A stretch of 64,000 nt of DNA from Parcubacteria group bacterium (GTDB lineage Bacteria; Patescibacteriota; Minisyncoccia; Phycocordibacterales; UBA2100), in the NCBI GenBank assembly GCA_943358385.1, contig CALRGX010000003.1, positions 2,771 through 66,770 on the forward strand, written 5' to 3'. Below are positions 19,105 to 28,356 of the stretch, one piece after another. The position numbers and the translations under genes were made by a program. A model generated the notes under the pieces. It did not search any database, was not told the DNA's origin, and saw nothing but the letters and a program-made list of their open reading frames with translations. How positions within the stretch are numbered: the first letter of the stretch is position 1; each line of letters opens with the position of its first letter.

Positions 19105-19148
19105 TAATTTTGTATAAAAAAGTGGTGCCCCGCGAACGTCGCGGGGCA
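19105..19148 (-). terminator. Rho-independent terminator of the NYN gene
   Basis: gtgccccgcga-acg-tcgcggggcac, followed on the minus strand by ttttttatac. Confidence 0.7.
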
Positions 19149-19169
19149 CCGAGTTGGATGGAGTACTGT

Positions 19170-19721
19170 TTATTCTTTGCGACCCCGCTCCTTGCCGAAC
19201 ACCTTCAGAAGATTGGCTAGGTCAATGAACTCGTCGGCTTGTCGCCGGAGTTCGTCAGCCGCGAACGGTGCGGCTGGGTCTATGCTCGAGACCACGATGA
19301 CCCGTCTTCCCATGTCCTGAATTGCTTCGACGAGAGGAGTGAAGTCGGCGTTGCCGCTGAAGAGAACAATCTCGTCAACGGTAGGAGCAATCGTAATCGC
19401 CTGCACTGCCAGCAGGACATCGATCGTTCCCCTCAAGCGACGGTTCCCAGAAGTGTCGCCGCGTTCCTTCGCTAGCCGGGTCACCATGGTATAACCATTG
19501 TAATCCAGCCAGTCGAGCAATGGACGAATGCTCTGCACACCGTCCTCACCCTCCTCAACGGTCGTGAAATAGTACGACCGAAGAAGGTGGCTTCTTGCTC
19601 GGGCCCACAGCGTCAGCTTCCGGTAGTCAACATCCATGCCGAACGCTCTCGCGCAGGAATAAGTGTTGGCTCCGTCGATGAGTACAGCGCTTTTAGGCTT
19701 GTACTCTACTTTGTCGGCCAT
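19170..19721 (-). CDS. NYN/LabA-like domain protein (putative RNase)
   Basis: AVLIDGANTY and GNADFTPLVEA...VIVVS motifs typical of LabA/NYN (PIN-like) domains. Confidence 0.7.
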   Translation of the reverse strand: MADKVEYKPKSAVLIDGANTYSCARAFGMDVDYRKLTLWARARSHLLRSYYFTTVEEGEDGVQSIRPLLDWLDYNGYTMVTRLAKERGDTSGNRRLRGTIDVLLAVQAITIAPTVDEIVLFSGNADFTPLVEAIQDMGRRVIVVSSIDPAAPFAADELRRQADEFIDLANLLKVFGKERGRKE

Positions 19722-19947
19722 GCCGACCTCCATCGCCGCTTCAATACCACCCTGGGAGGTGGCCACCTCCACAGATGTGGAGGCCGCAGACAGCGGCAAA
19801 CCTTACGTCATATGGATATTATACCACATATTAGAAATAACACAATGGACCAAAAAAGGCGTGTGCACAAAGCTTTTTTGGCACGTTTCCTCGCATGGTA
19901 CGCTGGGGGGCGTGTCTAGCTACGTTCATCAACTCCGTGACTTCCTG

Positions 19948-22059
19948 ATGAAGTCGACCGCCCCGCAGGTCTTGATCTTCTCGAGCGCCGCACTGTACTT
20001 CCTCTTGGAATTTATTGTTGGGAAGTATCTGCTGCCGATTTTCGGTGGCTCGTGGGCAGTGTGGATCACGGTGCTGTCTTTTTTCACCACTGCCTTACTG
20101 CTGGGGTATCTGTATGCGCATTGGCTCATTCAAAAAAATGCACAGACGCAGCGGCAGTGGCATCGCGCATTGCTTTTGTTGGCTGCGCTTTGTGTCGGTA
20201 GTGTCGGCGCGGCTGTTGCTTTGGGCGCCAACATTCCCGCATACTTCGGCGTCGGCAACTTACCACCAGCTCTGGAAATTATTCTGCTACTCCTCTGCAC
20301 CGTTGGCATCCCTGCAATCGCCCTAGCTGCCACCAATACCTTGGTACAGCACTGGAGCTATGAAAACGAAGGCACGTATCGCCTGTACGCACTTTCGAAT
20401 GCAGGATCATTTGTGGGGCTACTCAGCTATCCGTTTCTGGTGGAGCCGCTCCTTGCGGTCCCTACACAAGCCGCCTTGTGGGCACTAGGTTTTATCTTCT
20501 TTGCCTACCAGTTGCGTCGCTTTATACAAAAAGATGCGCACGCAGTAGCAACGCACGTACACAGTGAAAAAGTGTCTATTGGTACCAAATTGCTGTGGCT
20601 CACTCTGGCCGCATTCCCCGCGCTTCTGATGGTCGCCACTACCGCGCAAATCACACACGTCGTTGCCCCTATCCCGCTTCTCTGGATGGTGCCGCTTGGT
20701 TTGTATTTGCTTTCATACGTGCTCGCGTTTTCAGGGAGAGGTGGGGGGAGGGTGGCCACCGGGATGTTTCTTGCGGCGGCATGGGGGTCTCTCTACCTTC
20801 TTGATGCAGGGGTCACATCGTTTATGGAGCGGCTCGGGGTGTACCTTTCGCTTCTGTTCTTCGCGTCCTTGGTTCTCCATGCTCATCTATTTGCTGCACG
20901 GCCAAAAGGTGCGCAGCTTTCACTCTTTTACTTCTATGTATCACTCGGTGGCGCCCTGGGCACACTGCTGATTTCTTTTGGTGCACCGCTGGCCTTCAAT
21001 GATCTGTGGGAGTTTCCCATCGCGGTGCTCATAGGGGTGATACTTTCCACCGTATTCTTCCTTTACTCTTTGGTAGGGCCGAAATTTATTTGGCCAGTAC
21101 GCATCCTTGCCGTCGGCTTCGTCTTTATTGCAGTGAATCAATTCTACGTATTCACCCAGGCTGAATTTGGCTTTGAGGGGACCGAGCGCAACTTCTACGG
21201 CATCACGATGGTATACAAAACCGACGACAAGGTCTCGCTCTATCACGAGGAAACGTTGCACGGTTCGCAATTTACGGATGCTGAAAATTCGAGAAAGCCA
21301 ACGACGTACTATTCGTTGCATGGGGCAGTCGGGCGCTCGTTTGGCTACGAGCGTGTGGTGGCGCATCCTGAGGGTCCGCTTAATGTGGCGATTATAGGAC
21401 TAGGAACAGGTACGGTCGCTGCATATTGCCGTCCAGGAGACTCATTTGTGTACTACGAAATAGATCGACGCATGGAGCGTATTGCGCGCAACGATTTCAC
21501 GTATTTGTCGCACTGTCCGGGGGTCGAAGTGCGCATTGGCGACGCACGTCGTGTGATGGAATTGGAGGTAGATGCAGGAAAAAAACAAATGTATGACATC
21601 CTGATCATCGATGCGTTCAACGACGACAACATTCCCGCACATTTGGTGACCGTTGAGGCGCTCGAGACCTACGCACAGCTGATGCGGCACGACGACAGTA
21701 TCATCGCGTTCCATACATCGAATCGTTATCTAGAGCTGGCGCCGCTCGTAGTGTCTCTTGCCAAAGAAAAAGGTTTTGCGGCAGTCGTCATAGATGGTGG
21801 CGGTGAGGCAGATGTGGGCGGCACTTCATCTCAGTGGGTACTGCTCTCGAAAAACACCGATGTATTCAAGCGTGAGCTCTTTCTAGAAAATTCAGACGAA
21901 CTACCGACGTATCTGCCGCGCCCGTGGACCGACACCTACTCAAATATTCTCCCTATCATTTCCGTACCCACCTCTTTTGCAGACATAATTGGCGAGAGAA
22001 TATTTTTTCCTACTCCATGGCCGCTGTATGCATCCTCGACCCTTGATACGGCAGAATAA
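19948..22059 (+). CDS. Membrane-anchored spermidine-synthase-like protein (multi-TM N-domain plus aminopropyltransferase-like C-domain), paralog A
   Basis: About 10 TM helices. C-terminal GLGTGTVAAY...DILIIDAFNDDNIPAHL spermidine-synthase-fold motifs (COG4262-like). Confidence 0.75.
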   Translation: MKSTAPQVLIFSSAALYFLLEFIVGKYLLPIFGGSWAVWITVLSFFTTALLLGYLYAHWLIQKNAQTQRQWHRALLLLAALCVGSVGAAVALGANIPAYFGVGNLPPALEIILLLLCTVGIPAIALAATNTLVQHWSYENEGTYRLYALSNAGSFVGLLSYPFLVEPLLAVPTQAALWALGFIFFAYQLRRFIQKDAHAVATHVHSEKVSIGTKLLWLTLAAFPALLMVATTAQITHVVAPIPLLWMVPLGLYLLSYVLAFSGRGGGRVATGMFLAAAWGSLYLLDAGVTSFMERLGVYLSLLFFASLVLHAHLFAARPKGAQLSLFYFYVSLGGALGTLLISFGAPLAFNDLWEFPIAVLIGVILSTVFFLYSLVGPKFIWPVRILAVGFVFIAVNQFYVFTQAEFGFEGTERNFYGITMVYKTDDKVSLYHEETLHGSQFTDAENSRKPTTYYSLHGAVGRSFGYERVVAHPEGPLNVAIIGLGTGTVAAYCRPGDSFVYYEIDRRMERIARNDFTYLSHCPGVEVRIGDARRVMELEVDAGKKQMYDILIIDAFNDDNIPAHLVTVEALETYAQLMRHDDSIIAFHTSNRYLELAPLVVSLAKEKGFAAVVIDGGGEADVGGTSSQWVLLSKNTDVFKRELFLENSDELPTYLPRPWTDTYSNILPIISVPTSFADIIGERIFFPTPWPLYASSTLDTAE

Positions 22060-22074
22060 TGGAGCATCAGCTAC

Positions 22075-24144
22075 ATGTCTACTATGAAACAGATAATACA
22101 ATTCTTTAAACGCTTTAGTCCTGCGGAGACACTGATCTTCTCGAGCGCCGCACTGTACTTCCTCTTGGAATTTATTGTTGGGAAGTATCTGCTGCCGATT
22201 TTCGGTGGCTCGTGGGCAGTGTGGATCACGGTGCTGTCTTTTTTTACCGTCGCCCTTTTGTTGGGGTATGTGTATGCGCATTGGCTCACCAAGCGAACAG
22301 TTGCGGTACAACAAAAAATGCACCGGACGCTTCTTCTGGTTGCACTCGTGCCTGCGGCGCTCGTAGGTATAGCGATCATGAGTGGAGCGAGCGTGCCTGC
22401 ATACTTCGGCGTCGGCAACTTACCACCAGCTCTGGAAATTATTCTGCTACTCCTCTGCACCGTTGGCATCCCTGCAATCGCCCTAGCTGCCACCAATACC
22501 TTAGTACAGCACTGGAGCTATGAAAACGAAGGCACGTATCGCCTGTACGCACTTTCGAATGCAGGATCATTTGTGGGGCTCCTCAGCTATCCGTTTCTGG
22601 TGGAGCCGCTTTTTTCCGTGCGGGTGCAAGCGGTATTGTGGGTCATCGCATTTGTGTACTTTGTATATGCCATGCGGCACTTCATCCTGCATACCGCGGC
22701 CATAGAAGTGGCAAAAGATGAACATCACACACCCGTTTCAGTCTCACGGCGCCTCACGTGGCTTGGACTCGCCGCATTCCCCGCGCTTCTGATGGTCGCC
22801 ACTACCGCGCAAATCACACACGTCGTTGCCCCTATCCCGCTTCTCTGGATGGTGCCGCTTGGTTTGTATTTGCTTTCATACGTGCTCGCGTTTTCAGGGA
22901 GAGGTGGGGGGAAAGTCGTCATGACGCTCTTCGTTCTCTCTGCAGGAGGGTCGTTGTACCTACTGGACGCGAGCGTGCATGTGTACATGTTGCGCTTGTT
23001 TGTGTACTTGCCGCTTCTTTTCTTTGCATCACTCTCGATTCATGCTCTTTTGTATCGACTACGCCCTCATGGTGGGGCGCTGTCGTCTTTTTATCTGTAT
23101 CTGTCCCTTGGCGGGGCATTGGGCACGCTTTTGGTTTCTTTTGGTGCGCCGATCATTTTCAACGAGCTCTGGGAGTTTCCGCTTGCAGTGTTTGCCGCAT
23201 TTTTGGGAGGCTGTGCGCTCCTCTTGTACAGTGCATCTGCACACCTGTCGTCATGGGTGCCGCGTGTACTCATGGTGGCAGTGGCCTTTGGAGCGGGGCA
23301 GTTTTTCTATGCATTTACGCAGGAATATTTTGGTTTTGAAGGAGTGGAAAGAAATTTCTACGGCATCACCACGGTGGTAGATGGCCCTGACAAAGTGACC
23401 CTGTTGCACGAGCAAACGGTGCATGGCACACAGCTTAAGTTTGATGAGCGCGTACCTACCGCGTACTTTACGCTCCACAGCGCCATTGGAAGAACGTTTG
23501 GCTATCAGCGTGTGGTGGCACACCCCGATCGGCCGCTTTCGGTGGGCGTGATTGGATTGGGCGCAGGCACCATGGCGGCGTACTGTCGACCAGGAGACAC
23601 GTTTGTATATTACGAAATCGACGCACGCATGGAGCGCATTGCGCGCAACGATTTCACCTACCTATCGCACTGCCCCGGGATAGAAGTGCGCATCGGTGAT
23701 GGACGACGCTTGATGGAGCAAGAAGTGGCGGCGGGGCAGACGGGCGTCTACGATGTGCTGATGGTTGATGCATTCAACGACGACAACATTCCTGCACACT
23801 TGGTAACGGTAGAAGCGCTGGATGTCTACGGCAAACTATTGCGCGAGAAAGACAGTATCATCGTTTTTCAAGCATCGAATCGTTACATTGCCCTTGCGCC
23901 TTTGGTTATCGCACTCGCCAAAGAGCGTGGCTATTTCGCGGTAGTGATGGAAGGGGATGTGAGCATGGACACTGCGTCACTCACTTCGCAATACGTGCTT
24001 CTTTCGAAAGATCCGCACGTGTTTAGCCAGAAACTGTTCCTTGAGGCATCGGTGGAGCTGCCGAAGTATTTACCGACTGCATGGACTGATACCTACTCAA
24101 ACATTCTGCCGCTACTCACGCTGCCGAGCCCTTTTCGGGATTAA
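22075..24144 (+). CDS. Membrane-anchored spermidine-synthase-like protein, paralog B
   Basis: Same architecture as A. Three DNA blocks nearly identical to A (22127-22250, 22396-22620, 22770-22912). Confidence 0.75.
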   Translation: MSTMKQIIQFFKRFSPAETLIFSSAALYFLLEFIVGKYLLPIFGGSWAVWITVLSFFTVALLLGYVYAHWLTKRTVAVQQKMHRTLLLVALVPAALVGIAIMSGASVPAYFGVGNLPPALEIILLLLCTVGIPAIALAATNTLVQHWSYENEGTYRLYALSNAGSFVGLLSYPFLVEPLFSVRVQAVLWVIAFVYFVYAMRHFILHTAAIEVAKDEHHTPVSVSRRLTWLGLAAFPALLMVATTAQITHVVAPIPLLWMVPLGLYLLSYVLAFSGRGGGKVVMTLFVLSAGGSLYLLDASVHVYMLRLFVYLPLLFFASLSIHALLYRLRPHGGALSSFYLYLSLGGALGTLLVSFGAPIIFNELWEFPLAVFAAFLGGCALLLYSASAHLSSWVPRVLMVAVAFGAGQFFYAFTQEYFGFEGVERNFYGITTVVDGPDKVTLLHEQTVHGTQLKFDERVPTAYFTLHSAIGRTFGYQRVVAHPDRPLSVGVIGLGAGTMAAYCRPGDTFVYYEIDARMERIARNDFTYLSHCPGIEVRIGDGRRLMEQEVAAGQTGVYDVLMVDAFNDDNIPAHLVTVEALDVYGKLLREKDSIIVFQASNRYIALAPLVIALAKERGYFAVVMEGDVSMDTASLTSQYVLLSKDPHVFSQKLFLEASVELPKYLPTAWTDTYSNILPLLTLPSPFRD

Positions 24145-24240
24145 GCTGATGTAAAAAGAGCGCTCTATCGTACGAGTGCAAAACATGGCATAGTGCAGAA
24201 AGAGCAGCGCCGTGCTGCCAACTCAACAAGGAGAGACATC

Positions 24241-24552
24241 ATGACTGCATTTCGCGCGTTTTTGATCGCCCTCATCGTCGGTTTGGTTGGTGGGATGACT
24301 ACTTCTGCCATCCGCGCCGACGACCTGCAGAAGCCTGCGATACAGGTGGAAGCAACGGCTCCGGCCCTGCAAAAAATGGCGGTTCTCGCCACGAAACTGC
24401 CGGAAACCATGAGCCTTCCCTCGGGCGTCGTGCCCATCTGCAGCGCGCCGAAGATTTCCTGCGAGTCGTTCTGCTTCCAGTGTCGCGGCGGCCGCGGCTC
24501 CTGCATACGCGACTGCAAGAACCGCGGCAATCCCTGCGTGAGCCCGTGTTGA
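24241..24552 (+). CDS. Small secreted cysteine-rich protein (103 aa)
   Basis: N-terminal signal/TM. Eight Cys in the last 36 residues (C-x6-C-x3-C-x2-C-x6-C-x3-C-x6-C-x3-C). Own terminator. Confidence 0.5.
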   Translation: MTAFRAFLIALIVGLVGGMTTSAIRADDLQKPAIQVEATAPALQKMAVLATKLPETMSLPSGVVPICSAPKISCESFCFQCRGGRGSCIRDCKNRGNPCVSPC

Positions 24553-24574
24553 AGTGACGGCTCTGTTATTCCTT

Positions 24575-24610
24575 GCCGGCCCCGACTCTGTCGGGGCCGG
24601 CTTCTGTTTG
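24575..24610 (+). terminator. Rho-independent terminator
   Basis: gccggccccgac-tctg-tcggggccggc followed by ttctgtttg. Confidence 0.7.
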
Positions 24611-24675
24611 TGTGGATAAATGTGGTTGCGTGGTAGAAAGTGGCATATACTTGGAAACTAGTGGGAGAAAGTGGG
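24611..24675 (+). promoter_or_regulatory. MraZ operator: seven (G)TGG(G) direct repeats phased every 10 bp
   Basis: TGTGG at 24611 and 24621, then TGG/GTGG at 24631, 24641 and 24651, then GTGGG at 24661 and 24671, upstream of mraZ. Confidence 0.6.
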
Positions 24676-24823
24676 AACATGCCCAGGTGCACGATTAAGG
24701 ACGTGCGTCCTGAGTCTGGTGAATCCATTGGATTCAGCAGAGTCCCCGTGTCTTGAAAAAGATGCGGGGAACATGATGCCCCAGCACAACATGCTGGGAA
24801 CCACCTACATCTCACGAAAATAT

Positions 24824-25258
24824 ATGTTCATCGGCGAGTACGAACACGCGTTAGACGACAAAAAACGGGTGATGCTCCCGAAGGCATTCAAGAATGGGTT
24901 AGGTAAGAAAATGGTGATGACGCGGGGTTTTGACAATTGTTTGTTTGTCTACCCACAAGACGCGTGGAAGAAAGTTGCGGAAAAACTTCAGACACTTTCT
25001 TTTGCGCAGGCTGATACGCGTGGGTTCAGTCGCTTTCTGCTTTCAGGTGCGGCAGAGGTAGAGGTTGATGCTGCTGGTCGTGTGCTGATTCCGGAAAACC
25101 ACAAGCAATTCGCTGGTCTCAAAAGGACGGTGGTCTTTGCAGGGGTCTCGGATCGGGTCGAAGTGTGGGATGCAGGGCTGTGGAAGAGCTATAAAGCGCG
25201 CATTGAGAAGCAAGCTGATGCGATGGCCGAAAAGCTCGGTGAGATTGGAGTGCTGTAG
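24824..25258 (+). CDS. mraZ: Transcriptional regulator MraZ
   Basis: Two DxxxR motifs (DDKKRVMLP and DAAGRVLIP). MFIGEYEH N-terminus. Confidence 0.9.
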   Translation: MFIGEYEHALDDKKRVMLPKAFKNGLGKKMVMTRGFDNCLFVYPQDAWKKVAEKLQTLSFAQADTRGFSRFLLSGAAEVEVDAAGRVLIPENHKQFAGLKRTVVFAGVSDRVEVWDAGLWKSYKARIEKQADAMAEKLGEIGVL

Positions 25259-25299
25259 GTTTTTGGTTGCAGAGAGCTGCTAGAGGATTTGCATACGTC

Positions 25300-26238
25300 A
25301 TGCGCACGCGACGAACCACATCCTCTAGCAACTCGGTGCCACGAGAGACTGACCTGCACCCTAGTGTTCTTTTACATGAAGTTGTTGATGCGCTTGAACT
25401 CACCGGCAGTGAGACAATCGTCGACTGCACCCTGGGTGGTGCGGGGCATACCAAGGCAATTGCTGCAAAGCTGAAAGGCGACGGCAAACTGATAGGCCTT
25501 GATGCCGACCCTGCTGCAGTAGATCGTGCGCGGCGTGCACTAAAAAATGCGCAGCCACGAGTCTTGTTGTCGGTGAGCAACTTTCGCCACCTCAGAAGGA
25601 CTCTGGAAACACTCAAGATAGCGGCAGTCGATGGGTTTGTCTTCGACCTTGGGTGGAGCGGATACCAGCTGGTTGCCGAACGAGGATTTTCATTCATGGC
25701 TGATGAACCACTCTTGATGACCTATGGAGCCAAGGATGCCCACGTGTTTACTGCGTACGACGTGGTGAACAACTGGGAAGAGGAAAGCATTGCCGACATT
25801 CTCTATGGTTGGGGTGAAGAGCGATTTGCCCGGCGCATTGCCAAAGCCATTGTGGCGAGGCGTGAACTAAAGCCCATTGCAACCGCCAGAGAGCTCGGTG
25901 AATTGATTAGCCACGCGGTCCCACGCTTCTATGCGCGTGCAAAATTGCATCCGGCCACGAAAACATTCCAGGCAATCCGCATTGCGGTAAATGACGAGCT
26001 AGGCGCCTTGAATGACGGTCTTTCGCAAGCGCTGATATCGCTCGCACCTAAAGGAAAGATTGCGGTGATTACGTTCCACAGCATCGAGGACAGGGCAGTA
26101 AAGCGTCTTTTCCGTGAATGGCAAAACCGTGAACTGGGTATGGCGACGACCAAGAAGCCCATTCGACCATCAACTACTGAATTGAGTGCCAACCCACGCG
26201 CTCGCAGTGCAAAACTTCGTGTCTTTCAAAAAAACTAA
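25300..26238 (+). CDS. rsmH: 16S rRNA m4C1402 methyltransferase RsmH (MraW)
   Basis: HPSVLLHEVVDAL and DCTLGGAGH motifs. Start is uncertain (25267 or 25300). Confidence 0.9.
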   Translation: MRTRRTTSSSNSVPRETDLHPSVLLHEVVDALELTGSETIVDCTLGGAGHTKAIAAKLKGDGKLIGLDADPAAVDRARRALKNAQPRVLLSVSNFRHLRRTLETLKIAAVDGFVFDLGWSGYQLVAERGFSFMADEPLLMTYGAKDAHVFTAYDVVNNWEEESIADILYGWGEERFARRIAKAIVARRELKPIATARELGELISHAVPRFYARAKLHPATKTFQAIRIAVNDELGALNDGLSQALISLAPKGKIAVITFHSIEDRAVKRLFREWQNRELGMATTKKPIRPSTTELSANPRARSAKLRVFQKN

Positions 26239-26239
26239 C

Positions 26240-26584
26240 ATGCAACCCATAATTCCATACATACAGAAAACCAAAGCGCTCCTTGCAGAGGAGTATTTTT
26301 GGGAATCTCACCTGCGGCGGCTCTTGGTCCTCTGTACTGCGGTTGCGTTTGTGGCATACGTGTATTGTGTAGCGGCCTCTATTTTGAATGTGATTGCCCG
26401 CAAAGAGGCTGATGCGAAAACGGCGTCTTTTGCTGCTGCCATTTCGGCACATGAATCGACCTACTTTTCACTTACTCAGTCGATAAAAGAAGAGTCATTG
26501 GGAGAACATGGTTTGTTTGCGATTTCCGACAAACATTTTGTGACGCGAACGCCAACCCTCGGCTTCTCCGCGCATGTCCGGTAA
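26240..26584 (+). CDS. ftsL: FtsL-like cell division protein
   Basis: Small bitopic protein between rsmH and ftsI, by position and topology. Confidence 0.45.
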   Translation: MQPIIPYIQKTKALLAEEYFWESHLRRLLVLCTAVAFVAYVYCVAASILNVIARKEADAKTASFAAAISAHESTYFSLTQSIKEESLGEHGLFAISDKHFVTRTPTLGFSAHVR

Positions 26585-28298
26585 ATCAAAAGGGCTCGCT
26601 CGGTTTCAATGGCGAGTGCGCACAATATTGGGCTGTCTGATTGCAGTCGCACTCCTTCTCATTGCGCGACTCTACTTCGTGCAGGTCGTAAACGGCGCCG
26701 AATACCGTGCAGCGGCTGAAGGACAATACACTTCCACGGGTGCTGCAGCAGAAGCTCGAGGGGATATCTATTTCACGGAAAAAGACGGGCGCGCGTACGC
26801 TGCTGCAGTAATGCGCTCGGGCTACAAAATCGCCATCCAACCAAGTGTGCTCGAGAATCCGGAAAAAGTGTACGGACTTTTAAACGAAGTAACACCTATT
26901 TCAAAAGAGCGATTTTTTGCTGCAGTTGCCAAAACGACTGACCCGTATGAAGAGGTAGCCACCCGCGTGGATGAAGAGGCGGGAAGAATAGTACGCGACA
27001 TGGAGCTCTTGGGCGTGGTGGTGTCTCACGATCGCTGGCGCTTTTACCCTGCACAGGAGCGCGCAGCGCAGACGCTGGGATTTGTTGGGTTCCAAGGACA
27101 CGAGCGCGTAGGGCGCTATGGCTTGGAGCGCTACTGGCAAGACACACTGAAGCGCAATCCTCACGAACTCTATGGAAACTTCTTTGCAGATATTTTTGCC
27201 AACATTGAAGGCCTAGCAGCAACGACGAGTGCCGAAGGCGGGGATGTGATTACCACTATCGAACCTACCGTTGCGCAGCGATTGGAAGATGTGTTACACA
27301 AAATTGACGAAACGTACTCCCCAAAACTTTCAGGCGGTATTGTGATGGATCCAAAAACGGGTGCCATCATCGCTATGAGTGCGACACCGAGCTTTGACCC
27401 AAACAAGTACAACGAAGTAACCTCGCCTGCCGTGTTTAGTAATCCTATGGTTGAAAGTGTTTTTGAATTGGGCTCCATCATGAAGCCGCTCACCGTTGCT
27501 GCCGGCATCGATGCGGGGGTGATCAACGCAGGAACCACTTACAACGATACGGGTTGTATTACGCGTAGCGAATTCCGCGTGTGCAATTTCGATCACATAG
27601 CACGCGGGCGCGTGGCGATGCAGGAAGTTTTGAGTCAATCATTGAATACGGGTGCCACGTATGTTGCCGAGAAGCTTGGTTTTGATCGATTTGCCCAGTA
27701 TGTGCGAGCTTACGGCCTGGGTGAAGAAACAGGCATTGATGTGCCCAATGAAGTGCGCGGAAAGCTCGCCGGTTTGGACAGCGGCTCGGCAGTCGACTTG
27801 GCATCAGCATCATTTGGGCAGGGAATTGCTTTGACCCCGATTGCCATGACTCGCGCCCTTGCCTCGCTTGCAAACGGCGGCATTTTACCTGAACCGCACG
27901 TGGTGGATCGCATTGTGTACCCTTCAGGACTTTCAAAGAAAACCTGGCACATGGGTGAGACGCGGGTGATTTCCGCGGCAGCAGCAGAAGAAACAACACG
28001 CATGCTGGTGGAAGTGGTAGACACGGCGCTTTTGAAAGGAAAGGTAAAGCAAGCAGGGTATTCCATTGCCGCGAAGACGGGCACCGCACAAATCGCACAG
28101 CAAGGCGGCGGCTATTCAGCAGATAAATACCTGCACTCGTTCTTCGGCTATTTCCCTGCACATGACCCCAAATTCGTGGTCTTTCTCTTTACCGTAGAGC
28201 CGAAAAACGTGGAATATGCATCGCAGACCTTGACCGAGCCGTTTATGGACCTCGCTAAATTCCTCATTAGCTACTACGATATCCCTCCCGACCGCTAG
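26574..28298 (+). CDS. ftsI: Peptidoglycan D,D-transpeptidase FtsI (PBP3-like)
   Basis: N-terminal TM. SIMKP (SxxK) and KTGTAQ motifs. In the dcw cluster. Confidence 0.9.
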   Translation: MSGKSKGLARFQWRVRTILGCLIAVALLLIARLYFVQVVNGAEYRAAAEGQYTSTGAAAEARGDIYFTEKDGRAYAAAVMRSGYKIAIQPSVLENPEKVYGLLNEVTPISKERFFAAVAKTTDPYEEVATRVDEEAGRIVRDMELLGVVVSHDRWRFYPAQERAAQTLGFVGFQGHERVGRYGLERYWQDTLKRNPHELYGNFFADIFANIEGLAATTSAEGGDVITTIEPTVAQRLEDVLHKIDETYSPKLSGGIVMDPKTGAIIAMSATPSFDPNKYNEVTSPAVFSNPMVESVFELGSIMKPLTVAAGIDAGVINAGTTYNDTGCITRSEFRVCNFDHIARGRVAMQEVLSQSLNTGATYVAEKLGFDRFAQYVRAYGLGEETGIDVPNEVRGKLAGLDSGSAVDLASASFGQGIALTPIAMTRALASLANGGILPEPHVVDRIVYPSGLSKKTWHMGETRVISAAAAEETTRMLVEVVDTALLKGKVKQAGYSIAAKTGTAQIAQQGGGYSADKYLHSFFGYFPAHDPKFVVFLFTVEPKNVEYASQTLTEPFMDLAKFLISYYDIPPDR

Positions 28299-28356
28299 AA
28301 TCGACTAAAAGGATGTCTGCGACAGAAGGATGGTAAAAAGGTAGAATAAAGAAAAT

